DNA of 55,599 bases, filler included, from Thermodesulfobacteriota bacterium (GTDB lineage: Bacteria; DASVDK01): assembly GCA_036381125.1 (NCBI GenBank). It is 3 parts of 3 records of this genome, joined end to end, with 100 filler letters (N's around TTAATTAATTAA, not from the genome) between each part and the next. Parts side by side here need not be neighbours in the genome. Positions count along the whole stretch, not along the records: positions 1 to 27,720 come from DASVDK010000376.1; 2 more parts are not named here. One strand, given 5' to 3'. Of the stretch, positions 8,789-22,224 are shown piece after piece; the first letter of the stretch is position 1, and every line of letters begins with the position of its first letter. The position numbers and the translations under genes were made by a program. The notes beneath the pieces are model-generated. The model saw only the letters and a list, made by a program, of their open reading frames with translations. It was not told where the DNA came from and made no database searches.

Positions 8789-9760
8789 TCACCTCACCGA
8801 CAGGGCGTCGCCCCAGTCGAGGCGGCGCGCGGTCCGGAACGCGTCGCCGTCGCGCCGGCGGACGAGCCGCTCCGCCGCCGCACCGTCGCGCCGGCAGAGC
8901 TTGAGCCGGACGTGGCCGCCGCCCGAGCGGCGCGGGGCGACGATCCGCGCCTCCGGCACGATGCCGGGCCGACGCGAGACGGCGACGTAGATGTACTTCT
9001 CGTCCTCCCAGGGCGCTGCCGCCCCCTTGGCCCGCAGGTGCACGCGGGAGCGGGCGACGCGGCGCGCGAAGTGACACCAGTCGGGCGGCGAGACGGGACA
9101 GCGGGCGGCATGCGGGCAGGGCGCGAGGACGTGCGCGCCTGCCGCGATCAGCCGGTCGCGGGCGGCGAGGACGCGCGTCCAGCCGGCGGGCGTGCCGGGC
9201 TCGACGATCAGGAGCGTGTCGGCGGCGAGCGACCAGAGGCGATCGACCAGCCGGCCCCTCGCCTCCGGCGGCAGCTCACCCAGCACGTACGCCAGCAGCA
9301 CGAGGTCGCGCGGCGCGAGGTCGGGCAGCCCCGCCACGGCGTCGTCCGGCCGCCACGCGACCCGCGCCACCGGCGCCGCGGCCGAGAGCCGCTCGCCGAA
9401 GCCGCGCATGACGGCGCTCCCCTCGATCAGGACGGCCTCCTCGAGACCGGGCCAGCACGCGGCGGCGGCCCAGAGCGCCGAGCCGGGGCCGGCGCCGACG
9501 TCCAGGACGGTGCGCGGCGCGAAGTCGGGCCGCGCCTCGGCCACCGCGGCGAGGCTGGCGCGGACGGCGGCGTAGGTGGCCGGCAGCCGCGTCGCCAGGT
9601 AGGCCCGCGCCGACAGGTCGTCGGCGACGTGAGGCGTCCCGTCGCGCACCTCCGCCCGGTAGCGCCTGGACAGCGCCGCCGCCGCGCGCGCGAGCGGCGG
9701 CAGCGGCACCCCCTCGAGGGCGCGGTCGACCGCCTCGCGCAGCGCGTCCGGCAGCTCCAT
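8789..9760 (-). CDS. Rsm22-family SAM-dependent methyltransferase
   Basis: Motifs AYLATRLPATYAA, LDVGAGPG, IVEPGTPAG, APCPH...CP...DWCHF and WEDEK. ATG overlaps the ilvE stop (TGATG). Confidence 0.88.
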   Translation of the reverse strand: MELPDALREAVDRALEGVPLPPLARAAAALSRRYRAEVRDGTPHVADDLSARAYLATRLPATYAAVRASLAAVAEARPDFAPRTVLDVGAGPGSALWAAAACWPGLEEAVLIEGSAVMRGFGERLSAAAPVARVAWRPDDAVAGLPDLAPRDLVLLAYVLGELPPEARGRLVDRLWSLAADTLLIVEPGTPAGWTRVLAARDRLIAAGAHVLAPCPHAARCPVSPPDWCHFARRVARSRVHLRAKGAAAPWEDEKYIYVAVSRRPGIVPEARIVAPRRSGGGHVRLKLCRRDGAAAERLVRRRDGDAFRTARRLDWGDALSVR

Positions 9761-10674
9761 CAGTACCTCGTGAGCCACTCGCCGTAGCGGGTGTCCTTCC
9801 CCTTGACGATGTCGAAGAAGGCCGCCTGGACGGCCTGCGTGATCGGCCCGGGCCGCCCCTTGCCGATGGGCCGGTCGTCCACCTCGCGGATGGGGGTGAT
9901 CTCCGCCGCCGTGCCGGAGAAGAACGCCTCGTCGGCGATGTAGACCTCGTCGCGCGCGAAGCGGCGCTCCTCGACCGGGATGCCGCGGTCCCGGGCGATC
10001 GCGAGGACCGCGTCGCGCGTGATGCCGCCGAGGACGGTGGCCTGCGGGGCGGTGAGGATGCGCCCGCGCTTGACGATGAAGAAGTTCTCGCCGGACGCCT
10101 CGGCCACGTAGCCGTCGGTGTCGAGCAGGAGCGCCTCGTCGTAGCCGGCCTGCGTCACCTCGAGCTTGGCGAGGATCGAGTTCACGTAGTGGCCGCACAC
10201 CTTGGCCTTGTTCATGTGCGTGTTCACGTGCTGGCGCGCGAACGAGCTGATCTTCACCCGGATGCCGTTCTTGAGCCCCTCCTCGCCGAGGTACGCGCCC
10301 CACTCCCAGGCGGCCACCGAGACGCGCACCGGGTTGTCCTTGGGGTGCAGCCCCATCACGCCGTCGCCGATGAAGGCGAGCGGCCTGATGTAGCCCGCGG
10401 CGAGGCCGTTGGCCCTGAGCGTCTCCACGCAGGCCTTCTCGATCTCCTCCGGCGTGTAGGGGATCCGCATGTGGCAGATGCGGGCCGAGTCGAAGAACCG
10501 CTCGATGTGCTCCTTCAGGCGGAAGACGGCCGATCCGCCGTCGGCGCACTGGTAGGCCCGGATCCCCTCGAAGACGCCGAGGCCGTAGTGGAGCGTGTGG
10601 GTGAGGACGTGGACCCGGGCGTCCGCCCAGGGGACGAGCCGGCCGTCCATCCAGATCACCTTCGCCTGTTGCAT
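9760..10674 (-). CDS. ilvE: Branched-chain amino acid aminotransferase
   Basis: Motifs [45 protein letters not shown] and [11 protein letters not shown]. Confidence 0.96.
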   Translation of the reverse strand: MQQAKVIWMDGRLVPWADARVHVLTHTLHYGLGVFEGIRAYQCADGGSAVFRLKEHIERFFDSARICHMRIPYTPEEIEKACVETLRANGLAAGYIRPLAFIGDGVMGLHPKDNPVRVSVAAWEWGAYLGEEGLKNGIRVKISSFARQHVNTHMNKAKVCGHYVNSILAKLEVTQAGYDEALLLDTDGYVAEASGENFFIVKRGRILTAPQATVLGGITRDAVLAIARDRGIPVEERRFARDEVYIADEAFFSGTAAEITPIREVDDRPIGKGRPGPITQAVQAAFFDIVKGKDTRYGEWLTRY

Positions 10675-10811
10675 CGCGTGCCTCCAACGGCTCGGCGCCG
10701 GGTTCCGCTCCGGACCGGCCCGGCCGGCCCTCCACTCGCCGCGGCGCTCCGCACCGCGACGTCCGGTGGCGCCTCGCCTCGCGCGGCGCCTCCCGGCGCC
10801 GCTCCCTCGAC

Positions 10812-13789
10812 CTACGTGTCGGCCGGCGCGCCCAGGTATCGGGTGTAGAGCGCGCGAACGGCCTCGGTGTGGGCCTGGTACTCGCCGATGAGATCCTTCC
10901 CCGTGGCGCCGCCGTCCCCCGTATCGAGCCGCCTGGCCAGCTTGGCCAGCTCGGGGCCCTCGCCGACCAGGTCGTTGATCGACCGGTCCTGGACGATGCG
11001 GAGGCGGTTCTCGAGCCGGCGCAGGAAGCGGTACGACCCGGCGAGGGTGGCCGCATCGGCCGCGGGCAGGACCTCCGCGCGCTCGAGCCGATCGATGGCC
11101 TCGAGCGTGTTCGGGGTGCGGACCCCGGGGAGGTCGCGGCCGCGCTCGAGCTGGAGGTACTGCACCAGGAACTCGATGTCGACGAGGCCGCCGCGTCCGA
11201 GCTTGATGTTGTAGCGCCCGCGCCGCTCGTTCGCCAATTCGCGTTCCATGCGGGTCCTGAGCCTGTGGATCTCGGCGGCCGCGTCCGGCGGCAGGGGCCG
11301 CTCGTACACGAATCGCGTCACGATCCGCTCGACCGTCCGGGCGAGGGCCGCGTCGCCCGCGACCGGCCGCGCCCGGATGAGGGCCTGGCGCTCCCAGAGC
11401 GCCGCGCTCTCCGCGTGGTAGCGCTCGAAGTTGGCCAGCGAGGTGACGAGCGGCCCCTGGTTGCCCGAGGGCCGAAGCCGCATGTCCACGTGGAAGGCGA
11501 TCCCCTCGCGCGTCGGCGTGGCGAGGACGGAGGCGGTCCGCTGCACGAGCTTGGCGAAGTACTCGTGGTGGGTGAGGGGGCGGCCCCCGGGCGGCGCCAC
11601 GCTCTCGCCGACCTCGCCGTAGATGAGGAGGAGGTCGATGTCGGAGGCGTAGTTCATCTCGCGCCCGCCGAGCTTGCCGAGGCCGAGGACGACGTACGGG
11701 GTCGTCGGGTGGCCGTGCCGCGGCGCCAGCGCCTCGGCCGCGAGGTCGATGGCCGCCCCGAGGCAGGTCTCGGCGAGCGCCGTCATCTGCGCCGTCACCT
11801 CGAAGGTGTCGAGGGCGCCGGCGACGTCCGCCAGGCCGATGCGGAGCACCTCGAGGTGCCGGAAGCGGCGCAGGGCGTCGAGCTGCTCCTCGTAGTCGCC
11901 CGCGTCGGCGAGGATGCGCGCGAGGTCCTGCGCCATGGCGTCGGGCGCCTTGACGGGCGGGTTCGCGTCGGGCGCGAGCAGGGCGTCGAGCAGCTCGGGC
12001 CGCTGGATGAGGAGGTTGGCGAGGAACTCGCTCGTGCCGAAGAGCTTCACGAGGAGCGCGAGCGTGCCCGGGTTCTCCTGGAGGAGCGCGTAGTAGGTCG
12101 AGCGGGCCCCCACCGCGGCGATGAAGGCCTCGAGCTTCGCGAGCGCCATGTCGGGATCGGGCGAGGCGGCCACGGCGGCGAGCAGCCGCGGCGCGAGCTG
12201 CCTGAGCCGCCGGCGGCTGCGCTCGCTCGCCCGCGCCCGGCCGGCCCCCTCCTGGAGCCGGCGCAGGTTCTCGCGCGCCGCGGCCGGCTCGGCGAAGCCC
12301 GCCGCGGCGAGCCGCGCCTCCACCTCCGCGTCCGTGAGCGCTCCGGAGAGCAGCTCCTGCCAGGCCGCCTCCTCGACGCTCTCCCCGGCGTCCTCGAAGA
12401 GGCTGCGGAAGGCGGCCCGAACCGTGGCGGTCACCTCGGCGAGCCGCTCGCGGAAGGCCTCGGGCGTGCCGAAGCCCATGCCGCGCGCGAGGCGCGCGGC
12501 CTCGTGCGGCGAGGCGGGGAGGAGGTGGGTCTGCCGCTCGGCCACCACCTGGATGCGGTGCTCGACCGTCCGGAGGAAGACGTAGGCGTCGGCGAGGGCG
12601 GCCGCCTCGCGTTCGCGCACGAGGCCGCGCGCCGCCAGCGCCTCGAGCGCCTCGAGCGTGCCGCGGCGCTGCACCGACGGGACCCGCCCGCCGTGGATGA
12701 GCTGGAGCGCCTGGACGAAGAACTCGATCTCGCGGATCCCGCCCGTGCCGAGCTTGACGTTGGAGCTGGCCTGCCCGCCGCGCCGCACCTCGGCGTCGAT
12801 GCGCCGCTTGAGCGCGCGGATCTCCTCGATGGCGGTGAAGTCGAGGTACCGGCGGTAGACGAAGGGCCGCACCATGGCGAGGAACGCCTCGCCGAGGGCC
12901 CGCGAGCCGGCCACCGGCCTCGCCTTGATCAGGGCGGCGCGCTCCCAGGTCTGCCCCCAGGCCTCGTAGTAGAGCTCGGCCTGCCGCAGCGGCACCACGA
13001 GGCCCCCCACGCCCCCCTCGGGCCGGAGCCGGAGGTCCACGCGGAAGACGAAGCCGTCCGCGGTCACGGCGCTCATCGCGCGGGTGACCCCCTCGGCCAG
13101 GCGGGTGAAGTACAGCTCGTAGGGGATCCGCTTCGGCCCCGGCGTCTCGCCGTCGAAGCTCGAGGCGATGTAGATCAGGTCGACGTCGGAGGAGAAGTTC
13201 AGCTCGCGGCCGCCGAGCTTGCCCATGCCGAGCACCGCGAACTCCGCCTCGGGCGCGCCGTGCGTCGCCGCGAGCCGCGCGTGGACGCCGCCGCAGGCCC
13301 CCTCGAGCGCCGCCTCGGCCAGGTCCGCGAGCGCGGCCGCGGTCGAGGCGAGGTCGGTCATGCCGAGCAGGTCCCGTGCCGCGATCCGCAGGATCTCGCG
13401 GCGCTTGAGGCGTCGCAGCGCGGCCATCAGCACCTCGGCCGACGGCGGCGTGGACGCCCCCCCGTTGCCTGCCGCGGGGAGGCCCAGTTCGGCGAGGAGC
13501 GGCCCAAGCATCTCCGCCGCCTCCGGCTGCCGCGCGAGCGCCGCGGGCCGGCCCGGCCCCTCCGCGAGGAGCAGCCACTCGACGAGCGAGACGTCCGCGC
13601 AGAGCCGGTCGGCGAGGAACGGGGACGCGCCGCAGAGCGTGACCAGCGCCCGGGGCCCCTCGGGCGCCGCGAGGACCGCCTCGAGCGTCCCGGGCGAGAG
13701 CGCCTCCACGACGCGCGAGACCGCCACCTCGGCCGCGGCCGGATCGGCCGCCTCGGGGAGGCGGGCGGCGAGCGGCGCGGGGAGAGCCA

Positions 13790-13790
<1 letters not shown>
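10812..13790 (-). CDS. glnE: Bifunctional glutamine synthetase adenylyltransferase/adenylyl-removing enzyme
   Basis: Two nucleotidyltransferase repeats: [17 protein letters not shown]...RVDLRLRP and [17 protein letters not shown]...VDMRLRPSG. Start at MALPAP overlaps the mtnA stop. Confidence 0.95.
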
Positions 13791-14860
<1,070 letters not shown>

Positions 14861-14918
14861 CTCCCTCCCGCCCTGCGTCTCCGAGCGCCGCGGCCTCCCC
14901 GGAGGCCCGGCGGCGTGT

Positions 14919-17489
14919 CTACCTGAAGAGGTCCTTGAGGAGTTGCCGCGGATCCGACTTCGGCGCGGGGCTCGCCCCCGGCGCCGCCTCGCCCGCGGCG
15001 CCCCCCTCGCCCTGCGGCGGCCGGCCGCCGCCGGCTCCGCGGCCTCGCAGGAGCCGCTCGAGCCCCCGCTGGAGGTTCTCGTCCACCTCCCGCCCGAGCT
15101 TCGCCTTGAGGCGCTCCTCGATGAAGCGGCCCGAGAGGCCGAAGGTCGGCGAGGCGAGCGTGCCGCCGAGCGTGAACGGGATGTCCACGCGGCCCGACTG
15201 GTCGGCGGCGAGCAGCCGCGAGAGGTCCCGGCCGAGGAGCTGGCGCGCGAGGCCGCCGGGGATGCTGGCGCGCATCCGGTAGGCGAGCGTCTGGTCGAAG
15301 CCGAGCGCGCCGCTGCCCGAGAGCGCGAAGTCGGCGGCGGAGAGGTCGAGGTCGGGCGTGATGAACTTGCCGTCGTCGATCCGCACCCGGCCGGCGAGCG
15401 ACTTGAACGCCGTCCCCTTCGACTGGCCGGACGCCGCTGGAGGGGCCTGGCCCTCCTTCGCGAGCGTCACGAGGGCCCGGAGCCGGTCGAGCACGTCGAT
15501 GGTGGCCAGGCGCCCGTCGGTGAGCGAGAACTTCCCCTCCCCCGTGAGCGACTGGAGGAACGTCGCCGCGTCGGTCCCCGCGCCTTCGATGTCGAGGTTC
15601 GCCGACAGGAGACCGAAGACGACCCCCTTCAGCGACGTGTTGGCCGAGAGGATGTCGTTCGCCTTGACGTTCGCCAGCCGCGAGGCGAACGTCACCGACG
15701 GCACGCGGCCGCGCAGATCGGCCACGCCGCTGCCGGTGTACGTGCCGCCGTAGAGGCCGAACGTCAGGTTCTCGAGCGTGAAGACCCGGTCGCGCAGCTT
15801 GAGGTCCCCCCGCAGGTCGGTGAACTCGACCCCCTTGAGGGTCCCCTGCCGGACCTGCACCGTGCCGTCGGCGGAGAGCCCCGCGACCGCCTCGCCCGAG
15901 CTGGACCGCGTCCCCGCCGGCCCGCGCGCCGGCGAGCGCCTGGGCGCGGCGGGCGACGCCGCCGGCGACGCGGCCGCGCCCGGCTCGCCGCTCGTCGCGG
16001 CCGCGCCGGCGACGAGCGGGTCGAGGTCGAGGCGCGGCGACTCGAGGCTGAACCGCACGTACCGGCGCGAGTAGTCGGGCACCTCGGCGCGCAGCGTCAG
16101 CGTCGACTGCCCGATCGTCACGCGGAGCGGCTCGATCGACGCCCCCTTCCCGGTGAACCTCACCGTCGCCTCGCCGTTCGTGATCGGCTCGGGGAGGGCC
16201 TGGTGCTTCACGTCGAGGTCCATCAGCCTGAGCGTTCCGGCGACGTCGAGCGGCTGGGCGCCGCCCGACGTCTGGCCGCGTACCGTGGCGTCGAGCGCGG
16301 CGCGGCCGCCGAGGCCGACGCCGGCGAGCGCCGGCACGAGCGCGTCCCAGCCGGCGAGCCGCGCCTCGTTCGACGTGACCTGGAGGTCGACGGCGGGGCT
16401 CGTCGGGTTCGCCACGGTCCCGGTGGCGGTCAGGACGAGCGTGTGGAGCGTCAGGACCAGCGGGTTCACCTGGATGACCGGCGTGCCGGACCCCGCCTGC
16501 GCGCTCGTGGTCTTCGCCGAGAGCGTGAGCGGCACCCCCGGCTGCTTCGCGAAGGCGGCGCCGTAGGCGACGCCGGCCGGGGTGAGATCGACGGCGAGGT
16601 CGAGCGCCGGCGCGCCGAGCGGCCCGGTCACCGCCGCCTTGACGCTCCCCGTCCCGCCGAGCGTGAGCGGCGAGGCCGCCGCGCCGCTGCGGGCGCCCGC
16701 GTAGGCCGCGACCTGATCGAGGTCGAGATCGATCAGGGCCGCCGAGAGGTCGGCCGGCGCGGCCAGCAGGTCGGCATCCGGCCCGAGCGGCCCCAGCGTC
16801 CCCGAGAGGGAGACGTTCTGCGGGGTGCGCGAGAGGAAGGTCGCCTGCAGGCTCACGCCGATCGGCCGGTCGAGCGAGAGGTCGCGCAGCGCGGCGTCGA
16901 GGTCGGCGACGCTCGTGGTCACCTCCTTGCCCGGCACCACGGCCCGGTCGCGGAAGGTGAGCGCCCCCTGCCGGATCTCGATCCGCTGCACGAGGAGCGC
17001 GGCGAGCGGCGAGGCCCCGCCCGGCTGCGGCGACGGCGCGGGCCCGGGGCCCGCCGGCGCCTGCGCGGGCGCGCCCAGGAGGTCGGCGATGGAGAGCACC
17101 CCCTTCGCGTCGCGCTCGACGACGATCTCCGGCCGCTCGAGCACCAGTCGCGACACGTCGATCCGCCGGGAGAGGAGCGGCAGGAGGCGGAGCTTCAGCT
17201 CGAGCCGGTCGAGCGCCACGAACCGCTCGCCCGGGGGGATGCGCCCCTCGGCCGGCGCGCCGGGCACGCCGACGACCAGGCCCTCGAGGCCGAGCGTCGG
17301 GGTCGGCAGGAACGACAGCGACAGGCGGTCGAGGGTGATCTGTCGGCCGAGGGCGCGCTCGACCTCCGCGACGACCCGGTCGCGGTACCGGTTCACGTCG
17401 ATGAACGTCGGCAGGAGGGCCAGGACGACGACGACGAGGACGACGACGGCGACCAGCGAGGCAAGGGTCCAGCGGAGCCAGCGGGGCAT
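14919..17489 (-). CDS. AsmA family protein
   Basis: N-terminal TM helix followed by [10 protein letters not shown]...ALGRQITL; beta-rich body; C-terminal FGLYGG and [12 protein letters not shown]. Confidence 0.85.
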   Translation of the reverse strand: MPRWLRWTLASLVAVVVLVVVVLALLPTFIDVNRYRDRVVAEVERALGRQITLDRLSLSFLPTPTLGLEGLVVGVPGAPAEGRIPPGERFVALDRLELKLRLLPLLSRRIDVSRLVLERPEIVVERDAKGVLSIADLLGAPAQAPAGPGPAPSPQPGGASPLAALLVQRIEIRQGALTFRDRAVVPGKEVTTSVADLDAALRDLSLDRPIGVSLQATFLSRTPQNVSLSGTLGPLGPDADLLAAPADLSAALIDLDLDQVAAYAGARSGAAASPLTLGGTGSVKAAVTGPLGAPALDLAVDLTPAGVAYGAAFAKQPGVPLTLSAKTTSAQAGSGTPVIQVNPLVLTLHTLVLTATGTVANPTSPAVDLQVTSNEARLAGWDALVPALAGVGLGGRAALDATVRGQTSGGAQPLDVAGTLRLMDLDVKHQALPEPITNGEATVRFTGKGASIEPLRVTIGQSTLTLRAEVPDYSRRYVRFSLESPRLDLDPLVAGAAATSGEPGAAASPAASPAAPRRSPARGPAGTRSSSGEAVAGLSADGTVQVRQGTLKGVEFTDLRGDLKLRDRVFTLENLTFGLYGGTYTGSGVADLRGRVPSVTFASRLANVKANDILSANTSLKGVVFGLLSANLDIEGAGTDAATFLQSLTGEGKFSLTDGRLATIDVLDRLRALVTLAKEGQAPPAASGQSKGTAFKSLAGRVRIDDGKFITPDLDLSAADFALSGSGALGFDQTLAYRMRASIPGGLARQLLGRDLSRLLAADQSGRVDIPFTLGGTLASPTFGLSGRFIEERLKAKLGREVDENLQRGLERLLRGRGAGGGRPPQGEGGAAGEAAPGASPAPKSDPRQLLKDLFR

Positions 17490-17492
17490 GCG

Positions 17493-18977
17493 CTACCCAC
17501 CTCCCGCGAGCGCCTTGCGCAGGAGGTCGTTCACCACCTTCGGGTTGGCGCGTCCCTGCGTCGCTCGCATGACCTGCCCGACGAAGAAGCCGAAGAGCTT
17601 CTCCTTGCCGGCGCGATAGCCGGCCACCTGCTCGGGGTTCGCGGCGAGGATATCGGCGATGGTCTTCTCGAGCGCGGCGGTGTCCGACACCTGCGCGAGG
17701 CCCTTCGCCTCGACGATCGCCTCGGGGGCGGCCCCCGTGGCGTACATCTCCTCGAAGACCGCCTTGGCCGTGTTGCGGTTGATGGTGCCGCCGTCGATCA
17801 GCGCCAGGAGCGCCGCCAGCCGCTCCGGGGGGAGCGGCACCGCCGCGAGGTCCTTCAGGTCGGCGGCGTCGCGGCCGTCCTCCTTGAGCTTGCGGAGGAC
17901 CTCCCCCATGACCCAGTTGCTGGTCTCCTTGTAGAGCGCCGCGTCGGCCCCCTTGCCGTCTCGCGTCGCCGCGTAGGCCCGCGCCGCGGCCTCGAAGTAG
18001 TCGGCCAGGCCGCGCGACGCGGTGAGGACTCCGGCGTCGTAGGGGGGCAGGCCGTAGTCGCGCACGAAGCGGTCGCGCTTCTCGTCGGGCAGCTCCGGCA
18101 TGGCGCGCCGCACCTCGTCGATCCAGGCGGCCGACACCTCGAGCGGCAGGAGGTCCGGGTCGGGGAAGTACCGGTAATCGTGCGCGCTCTCCTTGCTGCG
18201 CATCGCCTGCGTCACGCCCCGGTCGGGATCGTAGAGGCGCGTCTCCTGCACGATCCGCTCGCCCGCGTCGACCGCCTTCGACTGCCGCACCACCTCGTAG
18301 GCGAGCGCCTCCTGGACGAAGCGGAAGGAGTTGAGGTTCTTGATCTCCACCTTCGTGCCGAACCCCTCGGACCCCTTCGGCCGGACCGAGACGTTCGCGT
18401 CGCAGCGGAAGTTGCCCTCCTCCATGTTCGCGTCCGAGACGTCGAGGTAGCGGAGCAACTCCCGCAGCCGCCGCAGGTAGGCGGAGGCCTCCTCGGCGCT
18501 GCGCAGGTCCGGCTCGGAGACGATCTCGAGCAGCGGCACGCCGGCCCGGTTGAAGTCGACGTAGGAGTAGGGACCGGAGAGGCCGGGCCACTCGTGGCTG
18601 CTCTTGCCGACGTCCTCCTCGATGTGCGCGCGGGTGATGCCGATGCGCTTGCCGTCCACCTCGATCCACCCGTTGCGGCAGATCGGCAGCTCGTACTGCG
18701 AGATCTGGTAGTTCTTCGGCATGTCCGGGTAGAAGTAGTGCTTCCGCGCGAACCGCGAGACCGGGGCGATCTCGCAGTGGAGCGCGAGCCCCACCCGCAT
18801 GGCCAGCTCGACCACCCGGCGGTTGAGCACCGGCAGGACGCCCGGAAGCCCGAGGCACACGGGGCAGACCTGCGTGTTGGGCGGGGCGCCGAACGTCGTG
18901 GGGCACCCGCACCAGATCTTCGTCCGGGTCTTGAGCTGCACGTGGACTTCGAGTCCGATGATCGCTTCGTACACCAT
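17493..18977 (-). CDS. gatB: Asp-tRNA(Asn)/Glu-tRNA(Gln) amidotransferase subunit B
   Basis: Motifs [46 protein letters not shown] and GFFVGQVM. Confidence 0.98.
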   Translation of the reverse strand: MVYEAIIGLEVHVQLKTRTKIWCGCPTTFGAPPNTQVCPVCLGLPGVLPVLNRRVVELAMRVGLALHCEIAPVSRFARKHYFYPDMPKNYQISQYELPICRNGWIEVDGKRIGITRAHIEEDVGKSSHEWPGLSGPYSYVDFNRAGVPLLEIVSEPDLRSAEEASAYLRRLRELLRYLDVSDANMEEGNFRCDANVSVRPKGSEGFGTKVEIKNLNSFRFVQEALAYEVVRQSKAVDAGERIVQETRLYDPDRGVTQAMRSKESAHDYRYFPDPDLLPLEVSAAWIDEVRRAMPELPDEKRDRFVRDYGLPPYDAGVLTASRGLADYFEAAARAYAATRDGKGADAALYKETSNWVMGEVLRKLKEDGRDAADLKDLAAVPLPPERLAALLALIDGGTINRNTAKAVFEEMYATGAAPEAIVEAKGLAQVSDTAALEKTIADILAANPEQVAGYRAGKEKLFGFFVGQVMRATQGRANPKVVNDLLRKALAGGG

Positions 18978-18978
18978 G

Positions 18979-19929
18979 TCAGGACGGGTCCTCGAGCCAG
19001 CGGGCGAACCGGGCGAGGCCTTCCTCGATCGGCACCCGCGGCGTGTAGCCGAAGAGCCGGTGCGCCCGGCTCACGTCGGCACAGGTGATGGTGACGTCGC
19101 CCGGCTGGGCCGGGAGCCGCTCGACGAGGGCCGCCCGGCCGAGCTGCTGCTCGAGCATCGCCACCAGGTCGGCGAGCGACGTGGTGCGCGAGCCGCCGAG
19201 GTTCACGATCTCGTAGGGCTGCGGCCGGTCGAGCGCGGCCACGACGCCGTCGACGATGTCGTCGACGTAGGTGTAGTCGCGCCGCGACGAGCCGTCGCCG
19301 TAGAGCGTGACCGGGCGTCCCTCCCTGATCGCCCGCGCGAACTTGTGGATGGCCATCTCGGGCCGCTGCCTGGGGCCGTAGACCGTGAAGAACCGCAGGC
19401 AGGTCACCGGCAGGCCGTAGAGGTGGTGGTACGTGAAGCAGAGCTCCTCGTTGGCCTTCTTGGTGGCCGCGTAGGGGGACACCGGCCGATCGACCCGCAT
19501 GTCCTCGCGGAACGGCACCTCGCCCGACTCCCCGTACACCGACGAGGACGAGCCGAAGAGGAGGTTCTTCACGCCGCGGCGGCGCGCCACCTCGAGCACC
19601 ACCGTGGTGCCCAGACCGTTGACCGACTGGTAGAGGAGCGGCTCCTCGATCGAGGGGCGCACGCCGGCCCGCGCCGCCAGGTGGATGATCGCGTCGACGC
19701 CGTGCCGCGCCGCCAGGTCGTGCATGGCCGCCTCGTCGCGGATGTCCGCCTCGACGATCGTGCAGGCCGGATGCGCGGCGGCCCGGCGGATGTTGCGCCG
19801 CTTGACGGCCGGGTCGTAGAAGTCGTCGAAGTTGTCGACGACCACCACGCGCCGCCCGGCCGCGAGCAGGCGCTCCACGACGTGGCTGCCGATGAAGCCG
19901 GCCCCGCCGGTGACGAGCACGGCGCCCAC
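18979..19929 (-). CDS. NAD-dependent epimerase/dehydratase (UDP-glucuronate 4-epimerase-like)
   Basis: Motifs [34 protein letters not shown] and [18 protein letters not shown] start. Confidence 0.9.
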   Translation of the reverse strand: MGAVLVTGGAGFIGSHVVERLLAAGRRVVVVDNFDDFYDPAVKRRNIRRAAAHPACTIVEADIRDEAAMHDLAARHGVDAIIHLAARAGVRPSIEEPLLYQSVNGLGTTVVLEVARRRGVKNLLFGSSSSVYGESGEVPFREDMRVDRPVSPYAATKKANEELCFTYHHLYGLPVTCLRFFTVYGPRQRPEMAIHKFARAIREGRPVTLYGDGSSRRDYTYVDDIVDGVVAALDRPQPYEIVNLGGSRTTSLADLVAMLEQQLGRAALVERLPAQPGDVTITCADVSRAHRLFGYTPRVPIEEGLARFARWLEDPS

Positions 19930-19930
19930 G

Positions 19931-21406
19931 TCAGCGCCTCGACGGCGGACGCCTGGCGTGGTGGTCCGTCTCGAGCTGATAGGCGTGCGCGGCGCGCAGC
20001 AGCCGCGGCTCCTCGAAGGCCGGGGCGACGAGCTGTGCGCCCACGGGGAGCCCCCCCGAGAAGCCGCAGGGCATCGAGAGGCCGGGCAGGCCCGCCAGGT
20101 TCACCGGGATCGTGTACACGTCGTTCAGGTACATCGTGAGCGGGTCGCCCGTCTTCTCGCCGAGGCGGAACGCCGGCGTCGGCGCCGTCGGCGTGAGGAG
20201 CAGGTCGGCCTTCGCGAACGCCTGCTCGAAGTCGCGGGCGATCAGGGTGCGGACCTGCGAGGCCTTGAGGTAGTAGGCGTCGTAGTAGCCGGAGGAGAGC
20301 GCGTAGGTGCCGATCAGGATGCGCCGCTTCACCTCCGCGCCGAAGCCCTCCGCCCGCGTCCGCTCGTACATGTCGAGGAGGTTCTCCGGGGCGGGCGTGC
20401 GGTAGCCGTAGCGCACGCCGTCGTATCGGGCGAGGTTCGACGACGCCTCGGCCGGCGCCACGATGTAGTAGGCGCAGATGCCCTGCATCGACGTCGGCAG
20501 CGACACGTCGACGAGGGTCGCCCCGAGCGACTCGAGGACCTTCCCCGCCTCGCGGACGAGGCGGGCCACCTCCGGGTCGAGCCCCTCGCCGAAGAACTCC
20601 CTCGGCAGGCCGATCCTGAGCCCCTTCGCCCCGCCCCGACCGGCGCGGACGAGCGCCTCGACCGTGTTCGGCACCGGCCGGTCGACCGAGGTCGAGTCGA
20701 GCGGGTCGTGCCCCGCGATGGCGTCGAGCAGGTACGCGCAGTCGAGGGCGCCGGCGCCGAAGGGGCCGGCCTGGTCGAGCGACGAGGCGAAGGCGATCAT
20801 CCCGTACCGGGAGACCCGACCGTAGGTCGGCTTGAGCCCGGTCACGCCGCAGAGGGCCGCCGGCTGCCGGATGGAGCCGCCCGTGTCGGTGCCGAGGGTG
20901 CCGCACGCTTCGCCAGCGGCCACGGCGGCGGCCGAGCCGCCGGAGGAGCCGCCCGGCGCCCGCTCGGGGTCCCAGGGGTTCCGGGTGGGGCCGAACGCCG
21001 AGTTCTCCGTCGACGACCCCATGGCGAACTCGTCCATGTTGAGCTTGCCGAGGAGCACGGCGCGCGCCGCCCTGAGGCGCGTCACGACCGTCGCGTCGTA
21101 CACCGGGACGTAGCGCTCGAGGATCTTCGATCCGCAGGTCGTGCGGACCCCCTTCGTGCAGAAGAGGTCCTTCACGGCCACCGGGACGCCGGCCAGGGGG
21201 GGCAGCGTGCGGCCCGCGGCCCGGTCGCGGTCGACCGCCTCGGCCTCGGCCAGCGCGGAGTCGGCCGTGACCGTCAGGTAGGCGTGCACGGTCGGCTCGA
21301 CCGCGCGGATGCGCTCGAGGAGCGCCTCGGTGAGCGCGCGCGCGGTCACCTCGCGCCGGGCGAGCCGGTCGGCCGCCTGCGCCAGCGACAGGTCGGCGAG
21401 GCTCAT
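19931..21406 (-). CDS. gatA: Asp-tRNA(Asn)/Glu-tRNA(Gln) amidotransferase subunit A
   Basis: Amidase signature [11 protein letters not shown] and [12 protein letters not shown]; also [13 protein letters not shown] and [14 protein letters not shown]. Confidence 0.97.
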   Translation of the reverse strand: MSLADLSLAQAADRLARREVTARALTEALLERIRAVEPTVHAYLTVTADSALAEAEAVDRDRAAGRTLPPLAGVPVAVKDLFCTKGVRTTCGSKILERYVPVYDATVVTRLRAARAVLLGKLNMDEFAMGSSTENSAFGPTRNPWDPERAPGGSSGGSAAAVAAGEACGTLGTDTGGSIRQPAALCGVTGLKPTYGRVSRYGMIAFASSLDQAGPFGAGALDCAYLLDAIAGHDPLDSTSVDRPVPNTVEALVRAGRGGAKGLRIGLPREFFGEGLDPEVARLVREAGKVLESLGATLVDVSLPTSMQGICAYYIVAPAEASSNLARYDGVRYGYRTPAPENLLDMYERTRAEGFGAEVKRRILIGTYALSSGYYDAYYLKASQVRTLIARDFEQAFAKADLLLTPTAPTPAFRLGEKTGDPLTMYLNDVYTIPVNLAGLPGLSMPCGFSGGLPVGAQLVAPAFEEPRLLRAAHAYQLETDHHARRPPSRR

Positions 21407-21693
21407 TCGATCACCTTCGGCACCCGGAAGACCGGCCCCGACGCATCCGGCGCGTTCGAGAGCGCCTCCTCGCGGGAGAGGCAGGGGCGCGGCTCGTCGT
21501 CCCGCATCGGGGTGGCGCCCGGCACCGCGGTCATCGTGGGCGGCACGCCGGTGGTGTCGAGCGCCTTCATCTGGTCGACGTACTCGAGGATGCGGGCAAG
21601 CTGACCGGCCAGGGCCGCCCGCTCGGTGGGCGGCAGGTGGATGCGCGCGAGGCTCGAGACGTGGATCAAGGTGGCTTCCCAGTCGGTGCTCAC
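21403..21693 (-). CDS. gatC: Amidotransferase subunit C
   Basis: HVSSLARI...[15 protein letters not shown]...MRDD...LSNAP...FRVPKVIE; immediately upstream of gatA. Confidence 0.92.
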   Translation of the reverse strand: MSTDWEATLIHVSSLARIHLPPTERAALAGQLARILEYVDQMKALDTTGVPPTMTAVPGATPMRDDEPRPCLSREEALSNAPDASGPVFRVPKVIE

Positions 21694-22098
21694 TCACGAC
21701 CTCCGGTTCTGGGCGATGAAGTCGAGAATCGCCCGGCGGTCGGCGTCGGCGATCTGCGTGAACGCGACGCCGCAGCGGTACTCGTCGGGCACCCCCTGCG
21801 TCGTCAGGTCGGCCCAGACCACCACCGCGTCCGCGCGCACGCCGCGCGGCGCGCGGCGGCCCGCGGTCGACAGCGCGCGGTCGTCCGGGAGGTAGACGGT
21901 CAACGAGAGGGGCGTGCCGACCTCGAGCGGCGCCGGCAGCACGAGGAGCAGCCCTCCGCCGCCGAGCGTCCTGAGCGCCGTCGTCCGGGGGTCACCGCCC
22001 GGCAGGACGACGTACTCGACCGGCAGCGACACGTCGAGGCGCGGGTGCTGGCGCCGCTGCAACGATGCCACGCCCCAGCGTGCGTCCTCGTCGGCCAT
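21694..22098 (-). CDS. PilZ domain protein
   Basis: RRQHPR (RxxxR), TLGGGG at the D/NxSxxG position, and AVVVW...GVAF; stop abuts the gatC start. Confidence 0.8.
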   Translation of the reverse strand: MADEDARWGVASLQRRQHPRLDVSLPVEYVVLPGGDPRTTALRTLGGGGLLLVLPAPLEVGTPLSLTVYLPDDRALSTAGRRAPRGVRADAVVVWADLTTQGVPDEYRCGVAFTQIADADRRAILDFIAQNRRS

Positions 22099-22194
22099 GC
22101 GCGACCCCCTCGCCGTCACCCTCTCGCCCGACGGACCGCTCTGCTCGGCCGGCTCGATGCCGCTCCGCGGAGGGCGTTGCTCGAAAAGTCAGAA

Positions 22195-22224
22195 AGTATA
22201 GCAGGGTCGGGAGCTTAAGGGCAA
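22195..22224 (-). promoter_or_regulatory. Putative sigma70 promoter for the pilZ-gat operon
   Basis: TTGCCC-N18-TATACT in a locally AT-rich patch. Confidence 0.55.

Noticed and set aside
9760-13578. Apparent 1272-aa IlvE fusion
   Set aside because: The upstream part is an alternative frame over glnE; the real ilvE starts at 10674. The same applies to the extended ORFs for rsm22, glnE, nfo, wzx and GT39.
14885-14915. GC-rich hairpin between asmA and mtnA
   Set aside because: No U-tract and expected by chance at this GC content; not called as a terminator.
19931-21406. Amidase as a possible AtzE/AtzF partner for the atzD pathway
   Set aside because: It has GatA-specific motifs, sits with gatC and gatB, and is on a different contig.
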